This document shows, one piece after another, positions 47,003-58,070 of a stretch of 61,608 nucleotides of DNA; within the stretch, counting starts at the first letter, position 1, and every line of letters starts with the position of its first letter. Source of the stretch: Candidatus Omnitrophota bacterium. Lineage in GTDB: Bacteria; Omnitrophota; Gorgyraeia; Zapsychrales; JANLHA01. Location: assembly GCA_031423615.1 (NCBI GenBank), contig JANPFV010000122.1, positions 1 through 61,608 on the forward strand. Direction: 5' to 3'. A program made the translations under genes and the position numbers. Under the pieces are notes generated by a model. That model was not told where the DNA came from, did not search any database, and was given only the letters and a program-made list of their open reading frames with translations.

Positions 47003-47824
47003 TTATTCGACATTTTGCGCTTGCTCACGCAACTTTTCAATTTTGGATTTGAGCGCAATCACGGAATTCGAAACTTCCCGGTCCTGGACCTTGGAACCGA
47101 TTGTATTGGTTTCGCGCTGCATTTCCTGAGCGACAAAATCCAATTTCTTGCCTACAGCTCCGCTGGCGCGCAAATGCATTTTAAATTCATCGATGTAGTG
47201 GCTCAGCCGCGTCAATTCTTCGCTGATATCATTTCCTTTTTGAATGGACAAAAATTCGTCCTCCGGCAAAATTTTTTTCTTTTCGCGCAGAATGGCCTTG
47301 GTCCGGCTATCGATCTTTTTAATTTGCAAAACCATGCGGCGCAAAATATCATTCATGTCCTTGGCCAGAGCCTTGCCTTCACGGGCCCGCATCGCCATAA
47401 GACTTTTCAATGCGGTTTCTAAAGCTTTCTTGACGGCCGGCCACATTGTGTCAGGTTCGAGTACGATTTCCCGCGCCTCGACGACACCGGGCAAACGGAT
47501 AAGATCCGCAATGTCTAAATCGCCACTCAGGTTAAAATCTTTTTTGAGAATTCTGCTATAACGCAAATATTCCTGGACAGCCTCTTTATTAAACGTGATG
47601 TTTTGCAAAGGCCGGTCGGTGATTTTTAACGAAACCATGACCCGTCCGCGTTCAAGATCACGATTTGCAGTATCACGAATGCCGTTTTCAAAAGAAGACA
47701 TGCCCGGCGGCAAATAGTAAACAATGTCAAAATAACGATGATTTTGACTTTTTATTTCAATACCGCCCTTGATTTTTCCGAAAGAAATATCCGCGGCGCC
47801 AAATCCTGTCATTCCTTTGATCAT
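47003..47824 (-). CDS. yicC: YicC/YloC-family endoribonuclease
   Basis: MTGFG, NHRYFD, GKKLDF..QEMQRETNTIGSK, REQAQNVE. Confidence 0.92.
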   Translation of the reverse strand: MIKGMTGFGAADISFGKIKGGIEIKSQNHRYFDIVYYLPPGMSSFENGIRDTANRDLERGRVMVSLKITDRPLQNITFNKEAVQEYLRYSRILKKDFNLSGDLDIADLIRLPGVVEAREIVLEPDTMWPAVKKALETALKSLMAMRAREGKALAKDMNDILRRMVLQIKKIDSRTKAILREKKKILPEDEFLSIQKGNDISEELTRLSHYIDEFKMHLRASGAVGKKLDFVAQEMQRETNTIGSKVQDREVSNSVIALKSKIEKLREQAQNVE

Positions 47825-47827
47825 GTT

Positions 47828-48334
47828 TTATTTCCAAACCTTCCTTTTAAAAATTTTTAAAACTTCCATTCTCGTTGGAAAAACGTCAATACCGATCTCA
47901 TCCGGAGAAAACCACAATTTGATTTCACGTCTCGCTTCTTTTATGTCCGATGAGACATGAAGAAGATTTTCATATACGCCCTTGGTCGTGATGCGTCCCA
48001 ATGAACCGCGGATGGATTTAGGATCAGCTTCTTCCGGGTTGGTAGCGCCGGAAATTCCTCGGCAACGGCTGATGGCGTTTTGCCCTGCATAAACCAAGGC
48101 TACAACATTATTCTCGCCGTGCAGTTTGCCCTGGAGATAATTAATAATGTCGTTATAAAATTTCTGGTCCTTCAAATGCTGATAATGCTCTTCAGCCAAG
48201 GACCGGGAAACTGAAACCGATTTCATTGCTACCAGATCTAAGCCAGTTTCGGAAAGCCGCGATAGCACATGGCCCATCAATCCCTTGGACAACACATCCG
48301 GCTTTAAAAGGACTAAAACATATTCTTTATTCAT
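47828..48334 (-). CDS. ndk: Nucleoside-diphosphate kinase
   Basis: LLKPD, AEEHY, GATNPEEA..SIRG, NLLHVSS; start trimmed to MNKEY. Confidence 0.93.
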   Translation of the reverse strand: MNKEYVLVLLKPDVLSKGLMGHVLSRLSETGLDLVAMKSVSVSRSLAEEHYQHLKDQKFYNDIINYLQGKLHGENNVVALVYAGQNAISRCRGISGATNPEEADPKSIRGSLGRITTKGVYENLLHVSSDIKEARREIKLWFSPDEIGIDVFPTRMEVLKIFKRKVWK

Positions 48335-48344
48335 GTCTTCTCGA

Positions 48345-49199
48345 TTATTTTCGTAAAAGACCCAATATTCTTTCCAGGTCGTCGAACGAATAATATTCAA
48401 TAATAATTTTTCCACGTTTCTTTTGTGATTGAATGCGGACCTTAGATCCGACGATACGCTGCAATTCTTCCTCAACCGTCGCAATGTCCGCATTTTTTGG
48501 TTTTTCTCTTTTTGCATGACGCAAAAGTGTATGGCCCTCCGATTTGATCAACGCTTCCAACTCACGCACTGACAAACCTTTAGCAACTATTTTTTCAAAA
48601 AGTTGCTTTTGCCTTTCCTTCTTTTCCACAGCCAAAAGCGCTCGCGCATGACCCATAGAAATTTTTTCATCCATGACCGCTTCTTGAATATATTCTGGCA
48701 AAGCCAAAAGCCGCATTGCATTACTCACCGTTGATGGATCCTTGGCCACGGCTTTGGCAACCTCTTCTCGAGAAAGTTTATATTCTTCGGTTAATCGTAA
48801 AAAGGCTTGGGCTTCTTCAATGGCATTCAACTCTTCGCGCTGGATATTCTCGACGAGAGAAAGCACAAATGATTCTTGCAGCGAAACATTCTTTATAATC
48901 GCGGGGACTTCCTCTAAACCCAATTCCCGGGCAGCACGCAAACGCCTTTCACCAGCAATAACCTCATAATTTTCAGCATCCGCACGCACCAAAATAGGTT
49001 GCAAAAACCCTTTGTCCCGGATGGAATTTTTTAATTCCTCAAGCTTTATCGAGTCATAATGTGTGCGTGGCTGCTGCGCATTATTCTTTATTCTTGCCGT
49101 CTTTATAATTGCAACCTCTTCGCCACGATTTTCCTTCGGAGACTCTGCTTTCTCCGGTATTAACGCTGACAATCCTCTTCCTAATGCTCTACCTTCCAT
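48345..49199 (-). CDS. parB: Chromosome partitioning protein ParB/Spo0J
   Basis: ALGRGLSAL, QPILVR, IAGERRLRA, ENIQREELN. Confidence 0.95.
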   Translation of the reverse strand: MEGRALGRGLSALIPEKAESPKENRGEEVAIIKTARIKNNAQQPRTHYDSIKLEELKNSIRDKGFLQPILVRADAENYEVIAGERRLRAARELGLEEVPAIIKNVSLQESFVLSLVENIQREELNAIEEAQAFLRLTEEYKLSREEVAKAVAKDPSTVSNAMRLLALPEYIQEAVMDEKISMGHARALLAVEKKERQKQLFEKIVAKGLSVRELEALIKSEGHTLLRHAKREKPKNADIATVEEELQRIVGSKVRIQSQKKRGKIIIEYYSFDDLERILGLLRK

Positions 49200-49211
49200 A
49201 GTATTCTCCCC

Positions 49212-50093
49212 TTACGAATCCGCAGGCGTTTGCTTATCTAAATCTGTTGTTACATCTTCCAAATTTTCAAAATCAATTCTCTCAACAACACCTAAAGTAT
49301 TATCATATAATGACTTATCTATATTTTCCATACATCCACTATTCAATAGTTCATCTGCCAATTCCATATATCTCTTTGCACCAATAGAATTTTCATCATA
49401 AATAACAATTGGTTTGCCATAACTAGGAGCTTCACTTAATTTAATATTGCGCGGAATTACACTTTTATAAACTTTATCTTTAAAATAATTTTTAATTTCT
49501 TTTATAACTTCTGAAGTTAAATTAGTTCTAAAATCTGCCATTGTAAGTAAAACGCCTTCTATCTCCAGCCTCGCATTCAATCCTTCCTTAATAAGATTTA
49601 TGGTTTGCAGAAGCTGGGAAACACCCTCAAGGGCGTAAAATTCACATTGAATTGGAATAATAATGGAGTGACTAGCAACTAAAGCGTTAAGAGTCAAAAG
49701 ACCTAACGAAGGCGGCGAATCAATAAAAATAAAATCATATTTATCATTAATTACACTCAGTGCCTTTCTTAAACGCGTTTCTCGCGACAATGCACCCACA
49801 AGTTCAATTTCTGCGCCGGTTAAATTTATATTACATGGTATGACATCTAAATTTTTATAAACCTGGCTAATAAGAGCCTCTTGCACCGTCGCCTTATTAA
49901 GCAAAACATCGTAAACTGATTTTTCTATTACATTTTTGTTTATGCCTACTCCGCTTGTTGCATTGCCCTGAGGATCGGTATCCACCAGAAGAACTCGCTT
50001 GTTTTTCTGCGACAAAGCATGAGCCAAATTAACCGAAGTTGTTGTTTTTCCGGTTCCTCCTTTTTGATTACATATTGATATTATTTTACCCAT
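49212..50093 (-). CDS. parA: Chromosome partitioning ATPase ParA/Soj (with ~40-aa acidic tail)
   Basis: NQKGGTGKTT, DPQGNAT, QCEFYALEG, IPRNIKLSEAPS. Confidence 0.95.
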   Translation of the reverse strand: MGKIISICNQKGGTGKTTTSVNLAHALSQKNKRVLLVDTDPQGNATSGVGINKNVIEKSVYDVLLNKATVQEALISQVYKNLDVIPCNINLTGAEIELVGALSRETRLRKALSVINDKYDFIFIDSPPSLGLLTLNALVASHSIIIPIQCEFYALEGVSQLLQTINLIKEGLNARLEIEGVLLTMADFRTNLTSEVIKEIKNYFKDKVYKSVIPRNIKLSEAPSYGKPIVIYDENSIGAKRYMELADELLNSGCMENIDKSLYDNTLGVVERIDFENLEDVTTDLDKQTPADS

Positions 50094-50100
50094 GTTTTTA

Positions 50101-50118
50101 TAGTTTCACGTGAAACTA
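50101..50118. promoter_or_regulatory. parS site
   Basis: Perfect palindrome TAGTTTCACGTGAAACTA matching the parS consensus core, immediately upstream of parA. Confidence 0.85.
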
Positions 50119-50310
50119 TCCACTTTTTTTTAAAGATACTTTAATTTTTGCCGACTTTGCACCCTTCATTCCAAAAAGACCTTTTTGCTCTTCGCAAACT
50201 ATTTTAATATTAAGATTTTCCCTGGAAACAGAAAAATGAGAAATGGCCTTATTAATAGCTTCCTCAACATCCGCTCCTTCAAATTCAACAGAATGGACAT
50301 TTTTAATCAT
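50116..50310 (-). CDS. Jag N-terminal-domain-only protein
   Basis: EFEGADVEEAI...EEQKGLFG...AKIKV; located after yidC; no KH/R3H domains. Confidence 0.8.
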   Translation of the reverse strand: MIKNVHSVEFEGADVEEAINKAISHFSVSRENLNIKIVCEEQKGLFGMKGAKSAKIKVSLKKSG

Positions 50311-50311
50311 A

Positions 50312-51877
50312 TCAATTTACAACATTAATTTTGGACATTTTCCATTGCGTCAGAGTGGACAATAGATAAAAAACAGTAAAGTACAAACACAGGCCCGCAG
50401 CGAAATGATAAAAGATAACACCCATCATAATAGGCATCATTATAGACATCATTTTTTGTTGCATTTTTTGAGTATCATCCGTTATAACCATATTTCGCGA
50501 CGTAAATTTTTGTTGAAAAAACATACTCGTAGCCATAATTAATGGCAAAATATTAAATTCATTACCTAAAAATGGAAAATTAAAAGGTAGGATAGCCAAA
50601 CGGTCTGGCAAAGATAAATCTTTAATCCACAAGAAATGCGCGCCTTTAAAATCAACTGAGCACCACAACACTTGATAAAGCCCATAAAATATTGGCATTT
50701 GCAAAATCATTGGCAAACATCCCCCAAAAGGATTTACTTTATTTTCTTTATAAAGTTCCATCATCTCTTTATTCAATTTTTGTGGATCACTCTTATATCT
50801 TTCTTGCAAACTTTTCATTTTCGGCTGCAAGGCTTGCATTTTTCTCATGGATGACATGCTTTTTGCCGTCAATGGATAGGTAACCGCGTAAATAGTAAGA
50901 CCCAAAACAAGAATCGCGGCTCCCCAATTTCTTAATATACTCTGTAGAAAATGAACAAAGTAATATATAACTTTTGCAAAAAAATCCAGAATTGGCCAAT
51001 TACTAAATACCATAATATTCTCAAAATCTTGATTATAACTGGACAAAAGATGCAATTTTTGTGGGCCCGAATAAATAACTGCGGAGTAATTGTTTAGACT
51101 GCCGTCAGCTGGAGCAAGATTGATTGCCAATTTCGACTTATCATTAGTTAAGATAGAATAATTTGCTGTTTTAAATTTCGGCTTTATAACTAAACAAAAA
51201 TATCTATCTCGATATCCAATCCACGCAACTTCGCCAATCTCATTTTTATTTTCCTTTAGATTAAATTCAATGGCGTTGTCTTTGCGGATGACTTGATGGC
51301 TTGCTAAACCAATAGAATATTCATGAAGAGACTTCTCTGGAGATTGAAAAATTTTTCTTTCAATATTTGAAGCATCAACGGTATATCCTGAGATTTCCAG
51401 ATTGGACAATCCTTCAGTTTGGACATCTGTGTGAATGAGATAATCGTCTTTTGACAAAACATAATTCTTTATAATTTTAATATCACCATTTTTAAAAACA
51501 TAAGTAATCTTATTTGGAGTATTATTTTGAACAACGAATTCACTGTCATTGTATTTTTTTAAACTATAAATCTTGGTAATTGGTAAAGAAATATTGAATT
51601 CCTTAATAATGACTTTCTTAAGTGATCCGCCAATATTTGAAAATTCTACCTTAATTTTATCATTTTCAAGAACAACTATTTCTTCGGCCACCGATTCCTT
51701 AGATTGAGTGGATAAAGAAATAGTTTCGTCTTTTTTTGATAAATAGTTTGTATCTTCTTTGTTAATAGTAACTTGTGATTGTGTAGGATTTATTTTCTTT
51801 GGAGGAGGATTAAGCGCAGACCACGCAGATAAAACAAAAAATGATAAAAGGAATGCTAAAATTAATCGCTTTTCCAT
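50312..51877 (-). CDS. yidC: Membrane protein insertase YidC
   Basis: MEKRLILA, NWGAAI, GGCLPMILQMPIF, FLWIKDLS.PD. Confidence 0.95.
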   Translation of the reverse strand: MEKRLILAFLLSFFVLSAWSALNPPPKKINPTQSQVTINKEDTNYLSKKDETISLSTQSKESVAEEIVVLENDKIKVEFSNIGGSLKKVIIKEFNISLPITKIYSLKKYNDSEFVVQNNTPNKITYVFKNGDIKIIKNYVLSKDDYLIHTDVQTEGLSNLEISGYTVDASNIERKIFQSPEKSLHEYSIGLASHQVIRKDNAIEFNLKENKNEIGEVAWIGYRDRYFCLVIKPKFKTANYSILTNDKSKLAINLAPADGSLNNYSAVIYSGPQKLHLLSSYNQDFENIMVFSNWPILDFFAKVIYYFVHFLQSILRNWGAAILVLGLTIYAVTYPLTAKSMSSMRKMQALQPKMKSLQERYKSDPQKLNKEMMELYKENKVNPFGGCLPMILQMPIFYGLYQVLWCSVDFKGAHFLWIKDLSLPDRLAILPFNFPFLGNEFNILPLIMATSMFFQQKFTSRNMVITDDTQKMQQKMMSIMMPIMMGVIFYHFAAGLCLYFTVFYLLSTLTQWKMSKINVVN

Positions 51878-51881
51878 ATAT

Positions 51882-52091
51882 TTACCTTAAGGGATCGTAG
51901 CCACCGATTGAAAATGGGGTACAGCGTAAAATTCGCAATACAGCCTTGCCCGTACCAAGAAGAGCTCCATGTTTTTCAATGGCTTCCAAGGCATAGCAGG
52001 AGCAGGAAGGATAAAACCGGCAAGTCGGGGCAAAAAAATACCGATTTATCTTTTGATAAAAACGAATCACAAACGACAGGGCTTTAGCCAT
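51882..52091 (-). CDS. yidD: Membrane protein insertion efficiency factor YidD
   Basis: CRFYPSCS.YA, RILRCTPF..GGYDP. Confidence 0.93.
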   Translation of the reverse strand: MAKALSFVIRFYQKINRYFFAPTCRFYPSCSCYALEAIEKHGALLGTGKAVLRILRCTPFSIGGYDPLR

Positions 52092-52114
52092 TGCAAAAAA
52101 AGGACCCTGGGAGA

Positions 52115-52252
52115 TTAAACGGATAATCTCTTTCGGCCCTTGGCACGACGACTATTGAGCACGGCGCGACCATCCGCGGTTGACATTCTCCGACGGAAAC
52201 CATGACGCCTTTTGGACTTAATATTAGTTGGTGTCTTAAGATGTTTTTTCAT
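52115..52252 (-). CDS. rpmH: 50S ribosomal protein L34 (below ORF-track cutoff)
   Basis: Hand translation: [45 protein letters not shown]. Confidence 0.93.
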   Translation of the reverse strand: MKKHLKTPTNIKSKRRHGFRRRMSTADGRAVLNSRRAKGRKRLSV

Positions 52253-52706
52253 AATTTGAAGATTATAACACAGGGCGAAGTCTAGTCAAGAATTTTTGCT
52301 TGCATAAGCGAGTAAAAAATATTATTTTCAACTAGTTAGAGAAATTTAGGAAAAGTTCGCTATTTTGGGGGGAAATTTGATTTGCAATAAAAATTTTGTT
52401 TGCTATAATGAGCCCCACGATTTATTCAGAAATCTCATCACCTTATATTTTGACAAATTCTCGCTTTTAGAGGCGAAATAAAACAGCTTATAAAGTAATA
52501 TAAAAATATCGACGGAAATAATCGTTTTCTTTAAATCTTCCGACGAAAAAAGTATTACAAAAATTATTAACAGATGTGAACAACCTGTTAATAAAATTAA
52601 TTAATTACTGCAAGTCTTTAAAAATTCATTAGTTACATTATATAAATTTTGTGGATTGCTCTTGAATTAAATGCCTTTTTAACAACTGACCATTGATTGA
52701 TTACGT
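52253..52706. other. rpmH-dnaA intergenic region with degenerate DnaA boxes (oriC part 1)
   Basis: AT-rich; TTATTAACA 52564, TGTGAACAA 52575, TGTTAATAA 52586, TGTGGATTG 52650; gene orientation flips here. Confidence 0.65.
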
Positions 52707-54041
52707 ATGAGTGTTTTAAATGTCTGGGAAAAAGCGCAAGGCTCTATTAAAGAAACAATAGGAGAAACCTCGTATGAAACCTGGTTTTCGCAACTGCGTG
52801 CAATCGAAAAAGGCCCGGACACCATCGTCATCGAGACGCCTGATGAATTTTTTCGTAATTGGATCGTTGAGCACTATCTCAAAACTATCGAAGAAAAACT
52901 TGCGACGACATCTGACCAAAATATTGCCATTGAATTTTCCATTAATACGCTTCCCGCTAAAGAAGCTATTCCCAGCCGTCTAAATAAAGTTGAAACGACT
53001 TTTTCCGAAGAGAAAAGGGATGATATTAACATCAACCCGCGATTTTCCTTTGATAATTTTGTGATCGGGCCATCGAACCGTTTTGCTTATGCGGCCGCAA
53101 TGGCGGTTGCGGAATCGCCGGCTAAAGCTTACAATCCGCTTTTTATTTATGGACATGTGGGTTTAGGAAAAACACATTTGATGCAGGCGATTACCCAACA
53201 GATCCGCAAAACAAATCCATCCCTATCGATTTGTTATATCTCTTCGGAAAAATTTACTAATGAATTGATTGACGCAATCCGGCATCGATCGACACCGCAG
53301 TTCCGGCAAAAATATCGCAGCATCGATATTCTTTTGATTGATGATATTCATTTTATCGCCGGAAAAGAGTCGACCCAGGAAGAATTTTTCCACACCTTTA
53401 ACGCGCTTCATAATAATAGAAAACAAATTATTATTTCATCGGACCGGCCGCCCAAGGAAATTTCTAATCTTGAAGAACGTTTGAGCTCACGATTTGCTTG
53501 GGGGCTTATTACCGATATTCAACCGCCCAATTATGAAACACGAGTGGCAATTTTAAAAAAGAAAATTGAACGCGAGCCGGTCGAAGTTCCAGATAATGTC
53601 ATTTTTTTTATTGCCGAACAGATAAAAACCAATATTAGAGAACTAGAAGGCGCGTTAATCCGCGTTGTGGCGTATTCTTTATTAGAAGAAAAACCTATCA
53701 GTTTAGAAATGGCCAAGGTCATTTTAAAAGACATGGTTAAAGAAACGGTTAAAATTATCAGTGTGGAAATGATCCAAAAGGAAGTGGCTGATTATTATAA
53801 TATGTCCGTTTCTGAACTTAAAGCTAAAAAACGAAATAAAAACATTTTATTTCCGCGTCAATTAGCTATGTATTTAGCCAGACAAATGACAAAATTATCT
53901 TTACCGGAGATTGGTCAGGCTTTTGGAGGAAAAGACCATACAACGGTTTTACACTCTTGTAAAAAAATAGAACAAGATATATCAATGGATCAGGATTTAA
54001 AAAATATAATCGAAAAATTAACAGCTAATCTTAAACAATGA
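52707..54041 (+). CDS. dnaA: Chromosomal replication initiator DnaA
   Basis: YNPLFIYG..GLGKTHL, QEEFFHTFN, NIRELEGAL, FGGKDHTTV. Confidence 0.98.
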   Translation: MSVLNVWEKAQGSIKETIGETSYETWFSQLRAIEKGPDTIVIETPDEFFRNWIVEHYLKTIEEKLATTSDQNIAIEFSINTLPAKEAIPSRLNKVETTFSEEKRDDININPRFSFDNFVIGPSNRFAYAAAMAVAESPAKAYNPLFIYGHVGLGKTHLMQAITQQIRKTNPSLSICYISSEKFTNELIDAIRHRSTPQFRQKYRSIDILLIDDIHFIAGKESTQEEFFHTFNALHNNRKQIIISSDRPPKEISNLEERLSSRFAWGLITDIQPPNYETRVAILKKKIEREPVEVPDNVIFFIAEQIKTNIRELEGALIRVVAYSLLEEKPISLEMAKVILKDMVKETVKIISVEMIQKEVADYYNMSVSELKAKKRNKNILFPRQLAMYLARQMTKLSLPEIGQAFGGKDHTTVLHSCKKIEQDISMDQDLKNIIEKLTANLKQ

Positions 54042-54109
54042 AGTGTTTATTAAAATGTTATTAATGGCTTAATATTCTGTAACCATATTGTTTGCAGTAT
54101 TTTTTAAAC

Positions 54110-54150
54110 TTATTCAAATTATGCACAGGCCCTATTATTACTGTTACTGT
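54110..54150 (+). other. oriC basal unwinding system (tandem DnaA boxes, GC motif, DnaA-trios)
   Basis: TTATTCAAA TTATGCACA GGCCC TATTATTACTGTTACTG in the dnaA-dnaN spacer, same layout as the B. subtilis unwinding element. Confidence 0.75.
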
Positions 54151-54208
54151 TTTTTAAGGGTATTTTTAATAAAATAGCAGTAGTAGGGAAAATTAAAGCG
54201 GGGGATAA

Positions 54209-55297
54209 ATGAAGATTAAATTAGAAAAAGAACAGATGGTGGTTGGCATTCAAATTGTACAAAATATTGTGTCCTCAAAGGCAACTTTGCCTATTTTATC
54301 CAACATGTTGTTAGAAACACGAGGCAATAAGGTGAACCTGAATACAACGGATTTGGATATCGGAATCTCCTGTGAAATACCTGTGGAAACCGTTGAAGAA
54401 GGGGCAATAACTATTCCCGCAAAAAGGTTTAGTGATATTGTACGCGAACTGCCGCCTGGGGAAATCATCATTACTACCAAGAAAAACAATCAGGTGGATA
54501 TTGAGGGGAGTAAGTGCCGCTTTAAGCTCTCGGGTCTGCCTAAAGAGGAATTTCCAAAGTTTCCTGAATTCAAAGATAAAGAAGTGATTAAAATCGGCCA
54601 AGGCCTATTCAAAGAAATGATCCGGCTGACATCGTTTGCAGTTTCTCATGAAGAATCCCGGTATGTCTTAAATGGGATTCTTCTGGAAATCAGCGCAGAC
54701 ACCATTCGCCTGATTGCAACGGATGGGCGCCGTTTGGCTAAAATTGAAAAAAAATTGGATGCCCCCTTAAAAAAAGATGTCGCCGTCATCATTCCTTTAA
54801 AGGCCATTCAGGAAATTTTTCGTAACTTAACGGATGAAGGAAACATTTCCTTTATTACGGGAACCAATCAAGTTTTGTTTGATATCAACGGCACCTTGAT
54901 AGCCAGCCGGATCATTGAAGGCGAGTTTCCTAATTATAATCAGGTCATTCCAAAGCCGGTGACACCGAAAATCAAAGTGGACACGAGTGCGTTTTTGAGC
55001 GCCATCCGTCGGGCGAATTTGCTTTCCACGCCGGATTTTCAGGCGATCAAGTTCGAGGTGTTTACGGACAAACTGGTTATTTCCAAAACAACGCCCGACG
55101 TAGGTGAGTCACGGGAAGAGATTTTGGCTGAATACGGCGGCAAAGAAATGATCGTTGGGTTTAATCCGCAATATTTGATCGACATGCTGAAAAATATCAG
55201 CGCGGAAAGTATTGAGCTGGAACTGTCCGGCCCGGACAAAGCCGGCGTCATCCGCTTGGGCGATTATTTATATCTTGTTTTACCGATGCGGATTTAA
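54209..55297 (+). CDS. dnaN: DNA polymerase III beta sliding clamp
   Basis: TLPILSN, ATDGRRL, GEFPNY, VLPMRI. Confidence 0.97.
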   Translation: MKIKLEKEQMVVGIQIVQNIVSSKATLPILSNMLLETRGNKVNLNTTDLDIGISCEIPVETVEEGAITIPAKRFSDIVRELPPGEIIITTKKNNQVDIEGSKCRFKLSGLPKEEFPKFPEFKDKEVIKIGQGLFKEMIRLTSFAVSHEESRYVLNGILLEISADTIRLIATDGRRLAKIEKKLDAPLKKDVAVIIPLKAIQEIFRNLTDEGNISFITGTNQVLFDINGTLIASRIIEGEFPNYNQVIPKPVTPKIKVDTSAFLSAIRRANLLSTPDFQAIKFEVFTDKLVISKTTPDVGESREEILAEYGGKEMIVGFNPQYLIDMLKNISAESIELELSGPDKAGVIRLGDYLYLVLPMRI

Positions 55298-55309
55298 GCG
55301 AGACTAACC

Positions 55310-55591
55310 GTGAATGACATAAAGGACATTGTTCAAAAAGTTTTCGGTGACATTTCTTCGAAGACCATCACCGAGCAAAAAAACCTCGGAGAAATTTTTG
55401 AAAAAGTTTTGAGAGACAATAATATTTCCGGTGCTAAGATATCTGGTTTTAAAGATCGGTGCCTTTCTGTGAACGTGGATTCATCCGGACGACTTTATCA
55501 AATCCATCTGATCAAAAATAAAATTCTTAACGAATTGAAAAACGAATTACCGGACATTGAAAAGATTTCTTTTAAAATAGGAAAGGTTTAA
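55310..55591 (+). CDS. DUF721 / DciA-like protein
   Basis: GTG start; LSVNVDSS...KILNEL...ISFKIG; dnaN-gyrB position. Confidence 0.7.
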   Translation: MNDIKDIVQKVFGDISSKTITEQKNLGEIFEKVLRDNNISGAKISGFKDRCLSVNVDSSGRLYQIHLIKNKILNELKNELPDIEKISFKIGKV

Positions 55592-58045
<2,454 letters not shown>

Positions 58046-58070
58046 AAATTCGAAAGGTTAATCGCGTTTT

